Below, piece after piece: positions 37,469 through 46,194 of a stretch of DNA of 64,000 bases. The translations under genes and the position numbers were made by a program. The DNA comes from an uncultured Poribacteria bacterium (lineage in GTDB: Bacteria; Poribacteria; WGA-4E; WGA-3G). Under the pieces are notes generated by a model, which ran no database searches, had not been told where the DNA came from, and was given only the letters and a program-made list of their open reading frames with translations. The DNA lies in contig OX638316.1 in NCBI GenBank assembly GCA_951812525.1, forward strand, positions 1,064,506 through 1,128,505, written 5' to 3'. Position 1 is the stretch's first letter. Each line of letters starts with the position of its first letter.

Positions 37469-38914
37469 TTAGAAAATCCCTGCAATCGGTTCGCCTTTCA
37501 CCAACTCGCGTGGCTGATCCAAATGGTTGTACACGATGGTGTGTGGATCGATACCGAGTGTATGATAGACCGTCGCGAGGATGTCGCGTGGGTGTACGGG
37601 GTTCTCAAGCGGTGTTGAACCGGTCGCATCGGACTTCCCGTAAACCTGTCCACCTTTTACACCTGCGCCAGCAATTAAGCCCGTATAGCAATAGGGCCAG
37701 TGGTCGCGTCCATCAGGTGCATTGCTGTTACCGGAGGTGCTAATACCCATCCGCGGGGAACGTCCGAATTCACCGACCGCCAAGACGAGGGTGTCTTCCA
37801 ACATGCCGCGCTGATCCAAGTCTTCCAGCAGCGAAGAGACTGCACTGTCTAATTTCGGGCAGTGAAGATTCTTCAGCGGACCGAAGTTGGTTGCGTGTGT
37901 ATCCCATGCTGTGGTATTCGGATCACCGTTAGCAACAGAAGGCCAGTTCACCTGTACGAAACGGGTGCCTGCTTCCACCAAACGACGAGCGAGAAGTGCA
38001 CTCTGTCCGAACGTGTGTCTACCGTAACGATCCCGGACTTCGTCTGGTTCCTGAGACAAATCGAAAGCATTTCGTGCGCGTTGCGACAAAATGAGATTGT
38101 ATGCCTTCTCATAATACTCGTTCAAGGCGTAAGAGTCAGCAACCTTATCAATTTCGGGCATGCCAGCATTAATCGTCTCAAGAAGCGTTTTCCGGCGTTT
38201 CAGACGGACTGGTGTCACCTCTGGCCGTAGACTCAAATCGTCGAGATTAATTTCCTCATTCGGGTCTTGGAAGAGGAAATACGGATCGTACGCCCTACCG
38301 AGGAACCCTGCATTTCCACCTTTACCGATGGTATTACTCTCTTGCATTGGGCGAGGCAGCTGCACAGCCGAGAGCATCGGTTCATCGGGTGGACGGTAAT
38401 TGGAGACATGCGCTGCTACATTCGGATGGTCGGCTGGTGACGGCGGATCCAGCTGCCCAGAAGGCGAGACCTTGTCCGGTGTTTCACCGGTCACCATCTG
38501 ATACATCGCAGCGGTGTGATTGAAAAGACCTGCCGGTGTGTAACTTATGGAACGGATAAGGCAAGCTTTATCCATCTGCTGTGCCAAACGTGGCATTGTT
38601 TCAGACAACTGAATTCCCGGTACATTAGTTGGGATCGGACTAAATTCACCGCGGATGTTCGAGGGTGCTGCCGGTTTCGGATCCCAGATGTCAAGGTGGC
38701 TAGGACCGCCTTGCAAAAAGAGCAGAATGACCGAGTTGGCTTTTCCCCATCCGTTGAGCGGCTTGGAGGGATCAACTGCCGTATTGGCGTTGGCTTGGAG
38801 TGACAATACCTGTGGCAAACTAATGCCGAGCATCGCCGCACCACCGACACGCAGAAATTCACGCCGCGAGAACCCGTCACATAAGCGTCCGGGTAGTTGT
38901 GGTAACGATAACAT
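37469..38914 (-). CDS. DUF1501 family protein (sulfatase/alkaline-phosphatase-like fold) with a Tat signal.
   Basis: RREFLRVGGAAMLGISLP twin-arginine. DUF1501-type core. A classic partner of the adjacent DUF1549/DUF1553 gene. Confidence 0.8.
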   Translation of the reverse strand: MLSLPQLPGRLCDGFSRREFLRVGGAAMLGISLPQVLSLQANANTAVDPSKPLNGWGKANSVILLFLQGGPSHLDIWDPKPAAPSNIRGEFSPIPTNVPGIQLSETMPRLAQQMDKACLIRSISYTPAGLFNHTAAMYQMVTGETPDKVSPSGQLDPPSPADHPNVAAHVSNYRPPDEPMLSAVQLPRPMQESNTIGKGGNAGFLGRAYDPYFLFQDPNEEINLDDLSLRPEVTPVRLKRRKTLLETINAGMPEIDKVADSYALNEYYEKAYNLILSQRARNAFDLSQEPDEVRDRYGRHTFGQSALLARRLVEAGTRFVQVNWPSVANGDPNTTAWDTHATNFGPLKNLHCPKLDSAVSSLLEDLDQRGMLEDTLVLAVGEFGRSPRMGISTSGNSNAPDGRDHWPYCYTGLIAGAGVKGGQVYGKSDATGSTPLENPVHPRDILATVYHTLGIDPHTIVYNHLDQPRELVKGEPIAGIF

Positions 38915-38935
38915 CTATTGTTTCCTCCGTTTAAT

Positions 38936-39045
38936 GGTTGTCGGTTGTCAGTGCCGATTGTCGGTCAACTGCGTGTAGCAGGGAAGAACGTTTGTAACCG
39001 CCACATCGGATTACTGACAACCGATAGCCAAGAACTGATAACTTT
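38936..39045. repeat. Inverted-repeat (MITE/REP-like) element, copy D.
   Basis: Arms GGTTGTCGGTTGTCAGT and ACTGACAACCGATAGCC (one mismatch). It sits between the PSD1 stop and the DUF1501 RBS. Confidence 0.6.
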
Positions 39046-39046
39046 C

Positions 39047-41548
39047 TTAGCGATTGAATAAGAAAGAGGGACTGTTAATTAGCGCCCATAATAAGTCTTG
39101 CGCACCCACTTCCTTCGACTCAGCATTTGCGATATACTCAATCGCTACTGCATATTCGTTCTTATCCGGTAACCGAGAAAGCGTTGCGAGATATAGTTCC
39201 TCAACGAGAACCCGATCATCTTGATTCGCTTTAATGAGTTGTGCGATACGTCCTTCTGGATCGATGAGTGCCTCCGCAACCGTCGGTCCATTAATGAGAT
39301 TCATTGCGTGTGCGAGGCTGACCTCTGTGGTGCGTTCACATTCACACGAACTTTCGCGTTCAGGTCTACCAAATAACTTCAAAAATCCGTCATCTTTGAC
39401 CTTACTGTCCGGCAATTGCACGGCTCGGAATTTTTTCGGTACCTCTTCAAATCGCGGTCGGCTGTCTGTCGCAACACCGATCGCATCCAACAGCTGCTCA
39501 GCCGTCAAGCGTCTAGCGGTTGCATGCGAAAAGTTAATCGTATCAGCCTTGTTCCACTTGTTGGTTTTGATGCTCTGCTGATAGGTTCGAGAACGGGTGA
39601 TTGTCTTCATGACATGCTTCATGTCAAAACCACTGTCCACGAAGTCCTTTGTCAACGCATCAAGCAATTCAGGGTTGCTGGGTGGATTACTTGTGCGGAT
39701 ATCGTCTACAGGTTCGATAATCCCACGTCCCATGAAGTAACTCCAGATGCGGTTCACACCTGCCGTAGCAAACATCGGATTTTCTTCAGAGGTGAGCCAT
39801 TCCGCGAGCATCTCACGCTTATCGCCATGCGCTGCAACTTCTCCGAACGGGACTGAGGGTTCAACAACCGCCAAGGTTCGCGGATGTTTCACAGGCTCTG
39901 GGGTGTAATTGGCGTAGACAATTTCATCGCCGGGAAGTTGTCCTGGCTTGATTTTGACATCCGCGAAGAACGCACCAAACTCGTAGTATTGATTCTGCGT
40001 CCATTTTTCAAATGGGTGATCGTGACATTTATTACACGAGAATCGGACACCTAAGAAGAGCTGCGTCGTATTCTCCACAGCGGCAGTGTATTCACGGGAG
40101 ACACGAAAATAACTCGCTGCAGGGTTCGTGTAGGTACTACCATTAGCGGTAATCAGATCTCGCACAAATTCGTTATACGGACGATTCTCGGCGATGGCTT
40201 GATGTATCCACTGCTGGAAGAGCCAGACCCCACGTTCACCGAGGAATTTACGGTTGGACTGCAACAGATCTCCCCATTTGTGTGTCCAATGATCGACAAA
40301 CTCCGGTGTCTCAACGAGGGCATCAATGAGTTGCTCCCGTTTTGTTTTCGATGCGGTTTTGTCGCTCAGAAAACTCCGAACTTGCTTGGGGGTCGGTGGA
40401 ATACCGGTTAAATCGAAATAGATACGCCGCACAAACTCCTCATCTGTACAGAGTTCAGAAGGCAGCACCTTCATCCGTTTTAGCTTATTGTGAACGTGCG
40501 TATCAATGTAGTTGTATTCCGCTGTCTTAACCCACTTGTAGCCACTCCTGTCGCCCATCACAAACATGTTGTTTGTGCTATAGGCACCTTCATAGCGGGT
40601 GAGGATAGAGGTTTCACCGCGGCGTTCTGCGGTTACGACACCTTCGTCTGTGACATTTGCCACTTCATTGCTGCTACTTGTGAATTTCGCCTCACGGGTG
40701 ACATCCCGCGTTGTCCCATCTGAATAGTGTGCGATGACTATAAGTTGTTGTTTCATACCGGGCATCGCGAGTTCAGCGGAATCGGGGACAACTTCTAATC
40801 TTTGCACGCGTTGCGTCGTCGCAACATCAGGGATAGCACCTTCGGCAATCCACTGATGCATGACACTATAGTCTCGATCTCCTGGGACAAATACCTGCCC
40901 GCCTTTGTGTGGCACTTCCGATGTCGGTTTTAGCAACATCAGACTCTGTTCGGGGAATGCTCTGTTGAAGCGGCGTCCAGATATATCTTCAATTAAGAGC
41001 TCATAATCAAAATCAGGATCGTAGCCACGAAGTGAGAGTTTGAATCCATTTTTGCCTTTCGCTGCACCGTGGCACGTTCCGTTATTACATCCAGCATGGC
41101 TCAGAACAGGCATGACATCTCGTACGAAACTAACGGGCGGTGCCTCCATGCTTTTGACATTCACGGGTAATTCGGTACGCATGCCTTTGACGCTAACGCC
41201 AATTTTCGTTGTGCCAACTGTCATCGGGAAGATATAGCCATCTTCATGTACCTTCACACCGGCGGTGGCTGGCGTCAACACAGCCCACGGTGTTACATCT
41301 ACCCATGTGCCATCTTTTGTCTTACCTGACACGAGCACACGTCTACCATCGCGTGCGTGCTCCAATGTCAACGACTCCGGATGAACCCTCAACTCCGTTA
41401 AAGCGACGCTTGCAAGCCAATCTTGCTCCGTCGGAACCTCTGCACTTGCGGTTTGCTCCACCCGATCCCATCCCGTCAATTGGAATGCGAAGCAGACAAA
41501 ACATACAACAAGGAGTGTTGTTACAAAGTTAAACCTGGGTTTCATCAA
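39047..41548 (-). CDS. PSCyt2/DUF1549-DUF1553 (Planctomycete PSD1-type) protein with an N-terminal Big_2-like domain.
   Basis: CNNGTCHGAAKGKNGFKLSLRGYDPDFDYELL is the PSCyt2 signature, with a second box FSCNKCHDHPFEKWTQNQYYEFGAFF. The C-terminal region is DUF1553-like. Signal peptide present. Confidence 0.8.
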   Translation of the reverse strand: MMKPRFNFVTTLLVVCFVCFAFQLTGWDRVEQTASAEVPTEQDWLASVALTELRVHPESLTLEHARDGRRVLVSGKTKDGTWVDVTPWAVLTPATAGVKVHEDGYIFPMTVGTTKIGVSVKGMRTELPVNVKSMEAPPVSFVRDVMPVLSHAGCNNGTCHGAAKGKNGFKLSLRGYDPDFDYELLIEDISGRRFNRAFPEQSLMLLKPTSEVPHKGGQVFVPGDRDYSVMHQWIAEGAIPDVATTQRVQRLEVVPDSAELAMPGMKQQLIVIAHYSDGTTRDVTREAKFTSSSNEVANVTDEGVVTAERRGETSILTRYEGAYSTNNMFVMGDRSGYKWVKTAEYNYIDTHVHNKLKRMKVLPSELCTDEEFVRRIYFDLTGIPPTPKQVRSFLSDKTASKTKREQLIDALVETPEFVDHWTHKWGDLLQSNRKFLGERGVWLFQQWIHQAIAENRPYNEFVRDLITANGSTYTNPAASYFRVSREYTAAVENTTQLFLGVRFSCNKCHDHPFEKWTQNQYYEFGAFFADVKIKPGQLPGDEIVYANYTPEPVKHPRTLAVVEPSVPFGEVAAHGDKREMLAEWLTSEENPMFATAGVNRIWSYFMGRGIIEPVDDIRTSNPPSNPELLDALTKDFVDSGFDMKHVMKTITRSRTYQQSIKTNKWNKADTINFSHATARRLTAEQLLDAIGVATDSRPRFEEVPKKFRAVQLPDSKVKDDGFLKLFGRPERESSCECERTTEVSLAHAMNLINGPTVAEALIDPEGRIAQLIKANQDDRVLVEELYLATLSRLPDKNEYAVAIEYIANAESKEVGAQDLLWALINSPSFLFNR

Positions 41549-41775
41549 AAACTCGGCGTGAGACCTCCGACTGTAGCAACAGAGGAAACGCCGTCCTCCT
41601 TAAATCTGATTTTTTAGCGATTGGGTTTTCGCTAAGTTATTCTCCATTGTTGAAAAACGCGTTCTACCTATATTCATAGCAAAGTGAGAAAATCTGACCA
41701 TGGTAATGAAATCTCTAATTGTCGTTAGTATCCAGTAACTTATCATATTATCTGCAATGATTCTGTATTAAGAGC

Positions 41776-42696
41776 TTACGCGAGATCCCAGAGCAGTACA
41801 ATGTCATCATCGCCCCCACTGGCGAGGACACGCCCGTCAGAAGCATAGGCGACATGTCTGACACTGCTCGTATGCCCTGTAAGTACACCTTTAGGTTCTC
41901 CTGTCTCAGCATCCCATAAACGGATGGTATTGTCGTTCCCACCACTCGCGATGGTTTTACCGTCATGCGAGTAAGCGACGCTCCAGACATAACCCGCATG
42001 TCCTGTAAGCGTCGTTATTAAACTTCTTTTGTCCGTACTCCACAACCGAATTGTGCCGTCAACACTGCCACTCACAAGGGTCTCTCCATCAGGCGAATAG
42101 GCAACCGAATTGACAATGTGTGTATGTCCCTCAAGTGTTGCTCTGTGTTTTCCGGTAGCAGCGTCCCATAATAACAGAGTGTCGTCCCCAGTTCCAGCGG
42201 CGAGAGTGTTCCCATTGGGCGAGAATTTAACACATCTGATAGAGTCTGCGTGCCCTTTGAGTGTGTCTTTAGCCTCTCCGGTGGCGGCATCCCACAACCA
42301 CACCGTTCCATCAGTACTCCCACTGGCGACGGTGGCACCGTCTGGGGCATACGTAACACTCCTAACAGCGTCTGTATGTCCTGTAAGCGTCGCTGTCGGA
42401 GATCCACCGATTGCGTCCCATAGAACAACCGTATTGTCTATACTTCCGCTGGCGATCGCACTGCCGTCAGGCGAAAAGGCGACACATCTAACGTACTCCT
42501 TGTGTTCAACAAGGAGGTTAAGTCCAAGTCCGGTGTCTACATCGTAGATCCAGACCCCGATGTCACACGCGACCGCGAGTTGCGTTCCATCGGACGAGAA
42601 TGCTATATCTCCAGTTAGGTTTCCCTGATCAAGACGTGCTTTGACGCCTTCAGGTAGATTCGATTGTGTGTCTGTTTGTGTGTTCATAATTTCCAA
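41776..42696 (-). CDS. WD40-repeat protein, seven repeats.
   Basis: Seven H..V/..SPDG......S.D.T..LWD units, for example GHTDAVRSVTYAPDGATVASGSTDGTVWLWD. Confidence 0.85.
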   Translation of the reverse strand: MEIMNTQTDTQSNLPEGVKARLDQGNLTGDIAFSSDGTQLAVACDIGVWIYDVDTGLGLNLLVEHKEYVRCVAFSPDGSAIASGSIDNTVVLWDAIGGSPTATLTGHTDAVRSVTYAPDGATVASGSTDGTVWLWDAATGEAKDTLKGHADSIRCVKFSPNGNTLAAGTGDDTLLLWDAATGKHRATLEGHTHIVNSVAYSPDGETLVSGSVDGTIRLWSTDKRSLITTLTGHAGYVWSVAYSHDGKTIASGGNDNTIRLWDAETGEPKGVLTGHTSSVRHVAYASDGRVLASGGDDDIVLLWDLA

Positions 42697-42791
42697 TAAT
42701 TTCCAATAAATAATTTAATAATTTTTTAAAATGTCCGTTTTAGCATAACTGCAAACTAAAACTTGCTATTACTAATGTTCGATATCTTCGT

Positions 42792-42882
42792 GTAATTATG
42801 ACGGTTTATCGGAGTATTTCACAGGTATAATTGTAACGGTTTATCGGGGCATTTCATAGGTATAATTATGACGGTTTAAACG
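42792..42882. repeat. Tandem direct repeat, about 35 nt x 2.6 (GTATAATTATGACGGTTTATCGGrGyATTTCAyAG).
   Basis: Direct reading. Each unit contains a TATAAT-like hexamer. Located in the intergenic region upstream of the WD40 gene. Confidence 0.7.
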
Positions 42883-42982
42883 TCACAGTGACGTAGAAAA
42901 ATCAAGTAAGACGTGAGAATGTGCCGTTTTTTGCATTTTTCATCGGTGTCAAGTTGTCAGATTCGCGGGAAAACACCTCACG

Positions 42983-43840
42983 CTATTTCTGATTCTTTAA
43001 CTCCCCCCATATTATCGGCAATTTACTACTGGCGGAGACATCTGCGAATTCCGATTCACTTGCCAACCAATTGATAACGTTTTCGGTAAGCTGCTCCAAT
43101 TGGTCAATATCTTTGTTGTTCTTATGATAATTTGGGAGTCTCCAGTTCATGTTGAAGACTTTCCCTTTACCAGCCTCCCAATAGCCGAACGCTGCAATCC
43201 GATCGCCCCAATCGTTAGCAGGTGGTCCCCAAGCATTAGCAAGTGTAATAAAATCTTTCCAAATCTTGTCGTAATAGTCGCCGCTCTTTGGATAGCCTGT
43301 GGAATTAACTTGAATTCTATCGTCTTCCTGAGGGTCTTTCTTGTCAACACTCTTGAGTCCTTCTGTTAATCCTAACGCAATCGTCTCTTTTAGGACAGTA
43401 ATACCGACCGCAATACCGTCTTCTGCGACGGGACCGAATTGGCGTGCCTCCGCTTTTTCAAGTCCGAAGTTAGTTGCGTGACGGATCGCCCACCCCGTTA
43501 AGAGAACAGCTCCTCCGCTTTCGGCGTAGTCTAAAAAAGCATTAATTTCCGGGTCGGACAATTCACCCGGATCGGTATCACCTTCATGCCACCAAATAAC
43601 CCCGAACTGTTTGAATTTGTCGCTCTTCAAATCTGCTTTCGCGAGTAACTCTGTATTGAATGCCTCTTCAGCAAATTCCAACGCCGGTGCCGTGAACGGA
43701 CCATTATCGCCGAGATAGATGAACCCAAGTTCTACCGCAGCATTGCTTATATTTATACCAAAAATGAAAAGAAATGTCAAACAAAATACGATTGGGCGAA
43801 ACTTGTAAGCCAAATCTTGCGATTTAAAAGTCCGTTCCAT
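42983..43840 (-). CDS. Secreted hypothetical protein ending in the conserved tail motif.
   Basis: N-terminal signal/anchor. The C-terminus is ...SEFADVSASSKLPIIWGELKNQK. No other domain was recognised. Confidence 0.5.
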   Translation of the reverse strand: MERTFKSQDLAYKFRPIVFCLTFLFIFGINISNAAVELGFIYLGDNGPFTAPALEFAEEAFNTELLAKADLKSDKFKQFGVIWWHEGDTDPGELSDPEINAFLDYAESGGAVLLTGWAIRHATNFGLEKAEARQFGPVAEDGIAVGITVLKETIALGLTEGLKSVDKKDPQEDDRIQVNSTGYPKSGDYYDKIWKDFITLANAWGPPANDWGDRIAAFGYWEAGKGKVFNMNWRLPNYHKNNKDIDQLEQLTENVINWLASESEFADVSASSKLPIIWGELKNQK

Positions 43841-43901
43841 GCTCTTCTCCTATCTGTTGATGCAACGTGGCGTGCGAACGCTTGCATACCGACTTCGATT
43901 G

Positions 43902-44699
43902 TTACTCAGATGGCAGAGAATTCGAGTCGTTGCGGTATTCGAGAAGGCGTTCATTTGCGGCTTTCACAAAACTCGGTTCAACCTCAAATCCGATGAAATC
44001 TCGTTCATGCCGCTTACAGATCACTGGACAGGTGCCTACGCCTGCAAAGGGATCCAGAACCAGATCGCCCGGTGATGAACTCGCCAAAACAATCCGCTCG
44101 ATTAACCTTTCGGGCTTCTGGATTGTGTTGAGTGCCTTTCTGCTGACCAATTCCTTTGATTTGTAGGTTAGTTGTTTTATATCTCCCCAAACATCGCCCG
44201 GATTTTTGCCTTTTGGATTGTACTTAGTCTTGCCAAACTTACCGTTGGTTACAGACGGCACATTCTCACACCGATTCCGATGTGCCAACTCAACAAGTTG
44301 GGCAACTCTAATAGCATCTAAGTTATAACACTGCGGTCTTTTGCCCTTAATGAAATAGCAGATAATGTCATAATTGTTGGTGTAATTGATGCGTCCCTGC
44401 GCGAGCCGACTCGGTTGATACCAGACAATCTTTGAACGGAGATTTAAAAACCGCCGGTAGTCTATAAAGTCGATGCAGTCCGGCTTACCAAAGAGATAAA
44501 GTGCGCCACCGTCCTTGAGTTTCGGTGCAAAACTTTCGATAAGTGTAAGATTAAATTCCTGAATTGACGGAATCCCGTCCCACGATTTTCCTGTCACACC
44601 ATACGGTCCATCACACACAACCAAATCTACAGAGGTGTCTTCTATCTCTTTGAGTAGATTAAAGGTGTCGCCACAATGGATGGTGTTGCGTTCAAGCAT
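43902..44699 (-). CDS. DNA methyltransferase (N4/N6 beta-class, PF01555-like), orphan.
   Basis: Motif IV DLVVCDGPYGV (DPPY-like). Motif I LVLDPFAGVGT near the C-terminus, the order typical of beta-class enzymes. No restriction endonuclease is adjacent. Confidence 0.7.
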   Translation of the reverse strand: MLERNTIHCGDTFNLLKEIEDTSVDLVVCDGPYGVTGKSWDGIPSIQEFNLTLIESFAPKLKDGGALYLFGKPDCIDFIDYRRFLNLRSKIVWYQPSRLAQGRINYTNNYDIICYFIKGKRPQCYNLDAIRVAQLVELAHRNRCENVPSVTNGKFGKTKYNPKGKNPGDVWGDIKQLTYKSKELVSRKALNTIQKPERLIERIVLASSSPGDLVLDPFAGVGTCPVICKRHERDFIGFEVEPSFVKAANERLLEYRNDSNSLPSE

Positions 44700-44724
44700 A
44701 ATATCGTGAACTGTCCTTGTACGT

Positions 44725-46173
44725 TTACATCGGTCCCACCCGACGTGGTCCTATGTCCATAGCAAACATAGATGCATCAAAATTGCGTTTTAGCAATTCT
44801 GTTTTGATGTCTTGCTTCGCAGGTGTATGCCAGAGATTGTTAAACTCGTCCGGGTCATCAACGAGGTCGTAGAGTTCACCTTCATCGTGCCCGTGATATA
44901 CTGCCAATTTGTAACGCTCATCTCGGTACATCGTTGCGAAAGAGTGATCCGGCAGATCAACTGCATCGTAGTATTCGCATCGGACAAAGTCACGGTGATA
45001 GTCTGCATCCGCCTCGCCTCGGAGAATGGGTAGCAGCGATCGCCCGTGCATTCCGTCGGGGACCGGGACCCCTGCTAATTCTAAAAGGGTCGGTGCTTTA
45101 TCAACGAGTTCAACAAGGGCGTTGCTCTTCAAACCGCTCACAAATTGCCCGGGCCATGCGAAAATCAGTGGCACTCTGACTAAACCTTCATAAAACCGAC
45201 AGCCTTTTTGTATTAATCCGTGATCGCCGAGTGTCTCACCGTGGTCGCTTGTAAAGATGATAACCGTGTTTTCTCGTTGTCCTGTCTCTTCCAACGTTTC
45301 GAGGATCCTGCCCAACTGCTCATCAATAAGCTGAATCATGGCATAGTAGGCGGCTTTAAGCGTTTTGGCATCCCTTGCCCCGATAGCCTCCGTTTCCTGA
45401 CGCGGTGTCTGCGGTAAGATCGGGCTACGGATGTCTAATTCATCTGGTGTACGTACCTTGGACTGAAAGTCGACGGCTTGTAATCGGGTCTGTTGTTCAA
45501 GATCGCTATCTCGGAAAAGCGGTTCCGGCATTTCCGCTGGATCAAATTGTTCTCGATGTGTCTGCGGCGGATTGAAGGGTGGATGCGGATCGTAAATGTT
45601 AACGCTTGCGAGCCACGGACCATCGCGTTCCTCACGGATAAACGCAATCGTTTTCTCGGCACACCAAGTTGTCTGATGTAATTCTGCAGGTACGCCTTCG
45701 GGATTCCGATTCAGCTCGCCGAGTATATATCCTTTTGAACGGACCCAATCTGCGTAGTCATGTCCGTGTTCCCAGTCATCACGTGGAGCATGGCTGTATT
45801 GCCAGTAGCGATATCCATCGTCCGCGCGCGGTTCCACGCGACGGTAAGCACTTGCGAGATGGAGTTTGCCAATTAGCCCACAATCATAACCGATGTTGGC
45901 GAGGGTGCGTGTCACAAGCGGATACGCTGCTGGAAAAAAATCGTTTCCATTACGAAGCGTATGCGTTGCGCCGGGATACATACCCGTAAGAAAACTCGCT
46001 CGGCTCGGTGTACAGATAGGGCTTTGACAATAGGCATGTGTGAACGCTACGCCTTCCGCGACTAAATCATCAATGTGCGGTGTCGATACATACGGATTGC
46101 CTAATGCACCGATTGTATCGTAACGTTGCTGATCTGTGCAAACCCAGAGTATATTGGGTGCCTTAGCAGCCAT
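44725..46173 (-). CDS. Formylglycine-dependent sulfatase (arylsulfatase family). No signal peptide is evident.
   Basis: NILWVCTDQQRYD...CQSPICTPSRASFLTGMYP contains the C-x-P-x-R FGly motif. Confidence 0.85.
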   Translation of the reverse strand: MAAKAPNILWVCTDQQRYDTIGALGNPYVSTPHIDDLVAEGVAFTHAYCQSPICTPSRASFLTGMYPGATHTLRNGNDFFPAAYPLVTRTLANIGYDCGLIGKLHLASAYRRVEPRADDGYRYWQYSHAPRDDWEHGHDYADWVRSKGYILGELNRNPEGVPAELHQTTWCAEKTIAFIREERDGPWLASVNIYDPHPPFNPPQTHREQFDPAEMPEPLFRDSDLEQQTRLQAVDFQSKVRTPDELDIRSPILPQTPRQETEAIGARDAKTLKAAYYAMIQLIDEQLGRILETLEETGQRENTVIIFTSDHGETLGDHGLIQKGCRFYEGLVRVPLIFAWPGQFVSGLKSNALVELVDKAPTLLELAGVPVPDGMHGRSLLPILRGEADADYHRDFVRCEYYDAVDLPDHSFATMYRDERYKLAVYHGHDEGELYDLVDDPDEFNNLWHTPAKQDIKTELLKRNFDASMFAMDIGPRRVGPM

Positions 46174-46194
46174 CCATTAGCCTCTTTGTGCGTG

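Noticed and set aside
42792-42882. Possible CRISPR array
   Set aside because: Only 2.6 directly abutting repeat units with no spacers, and no cas genes nearby.
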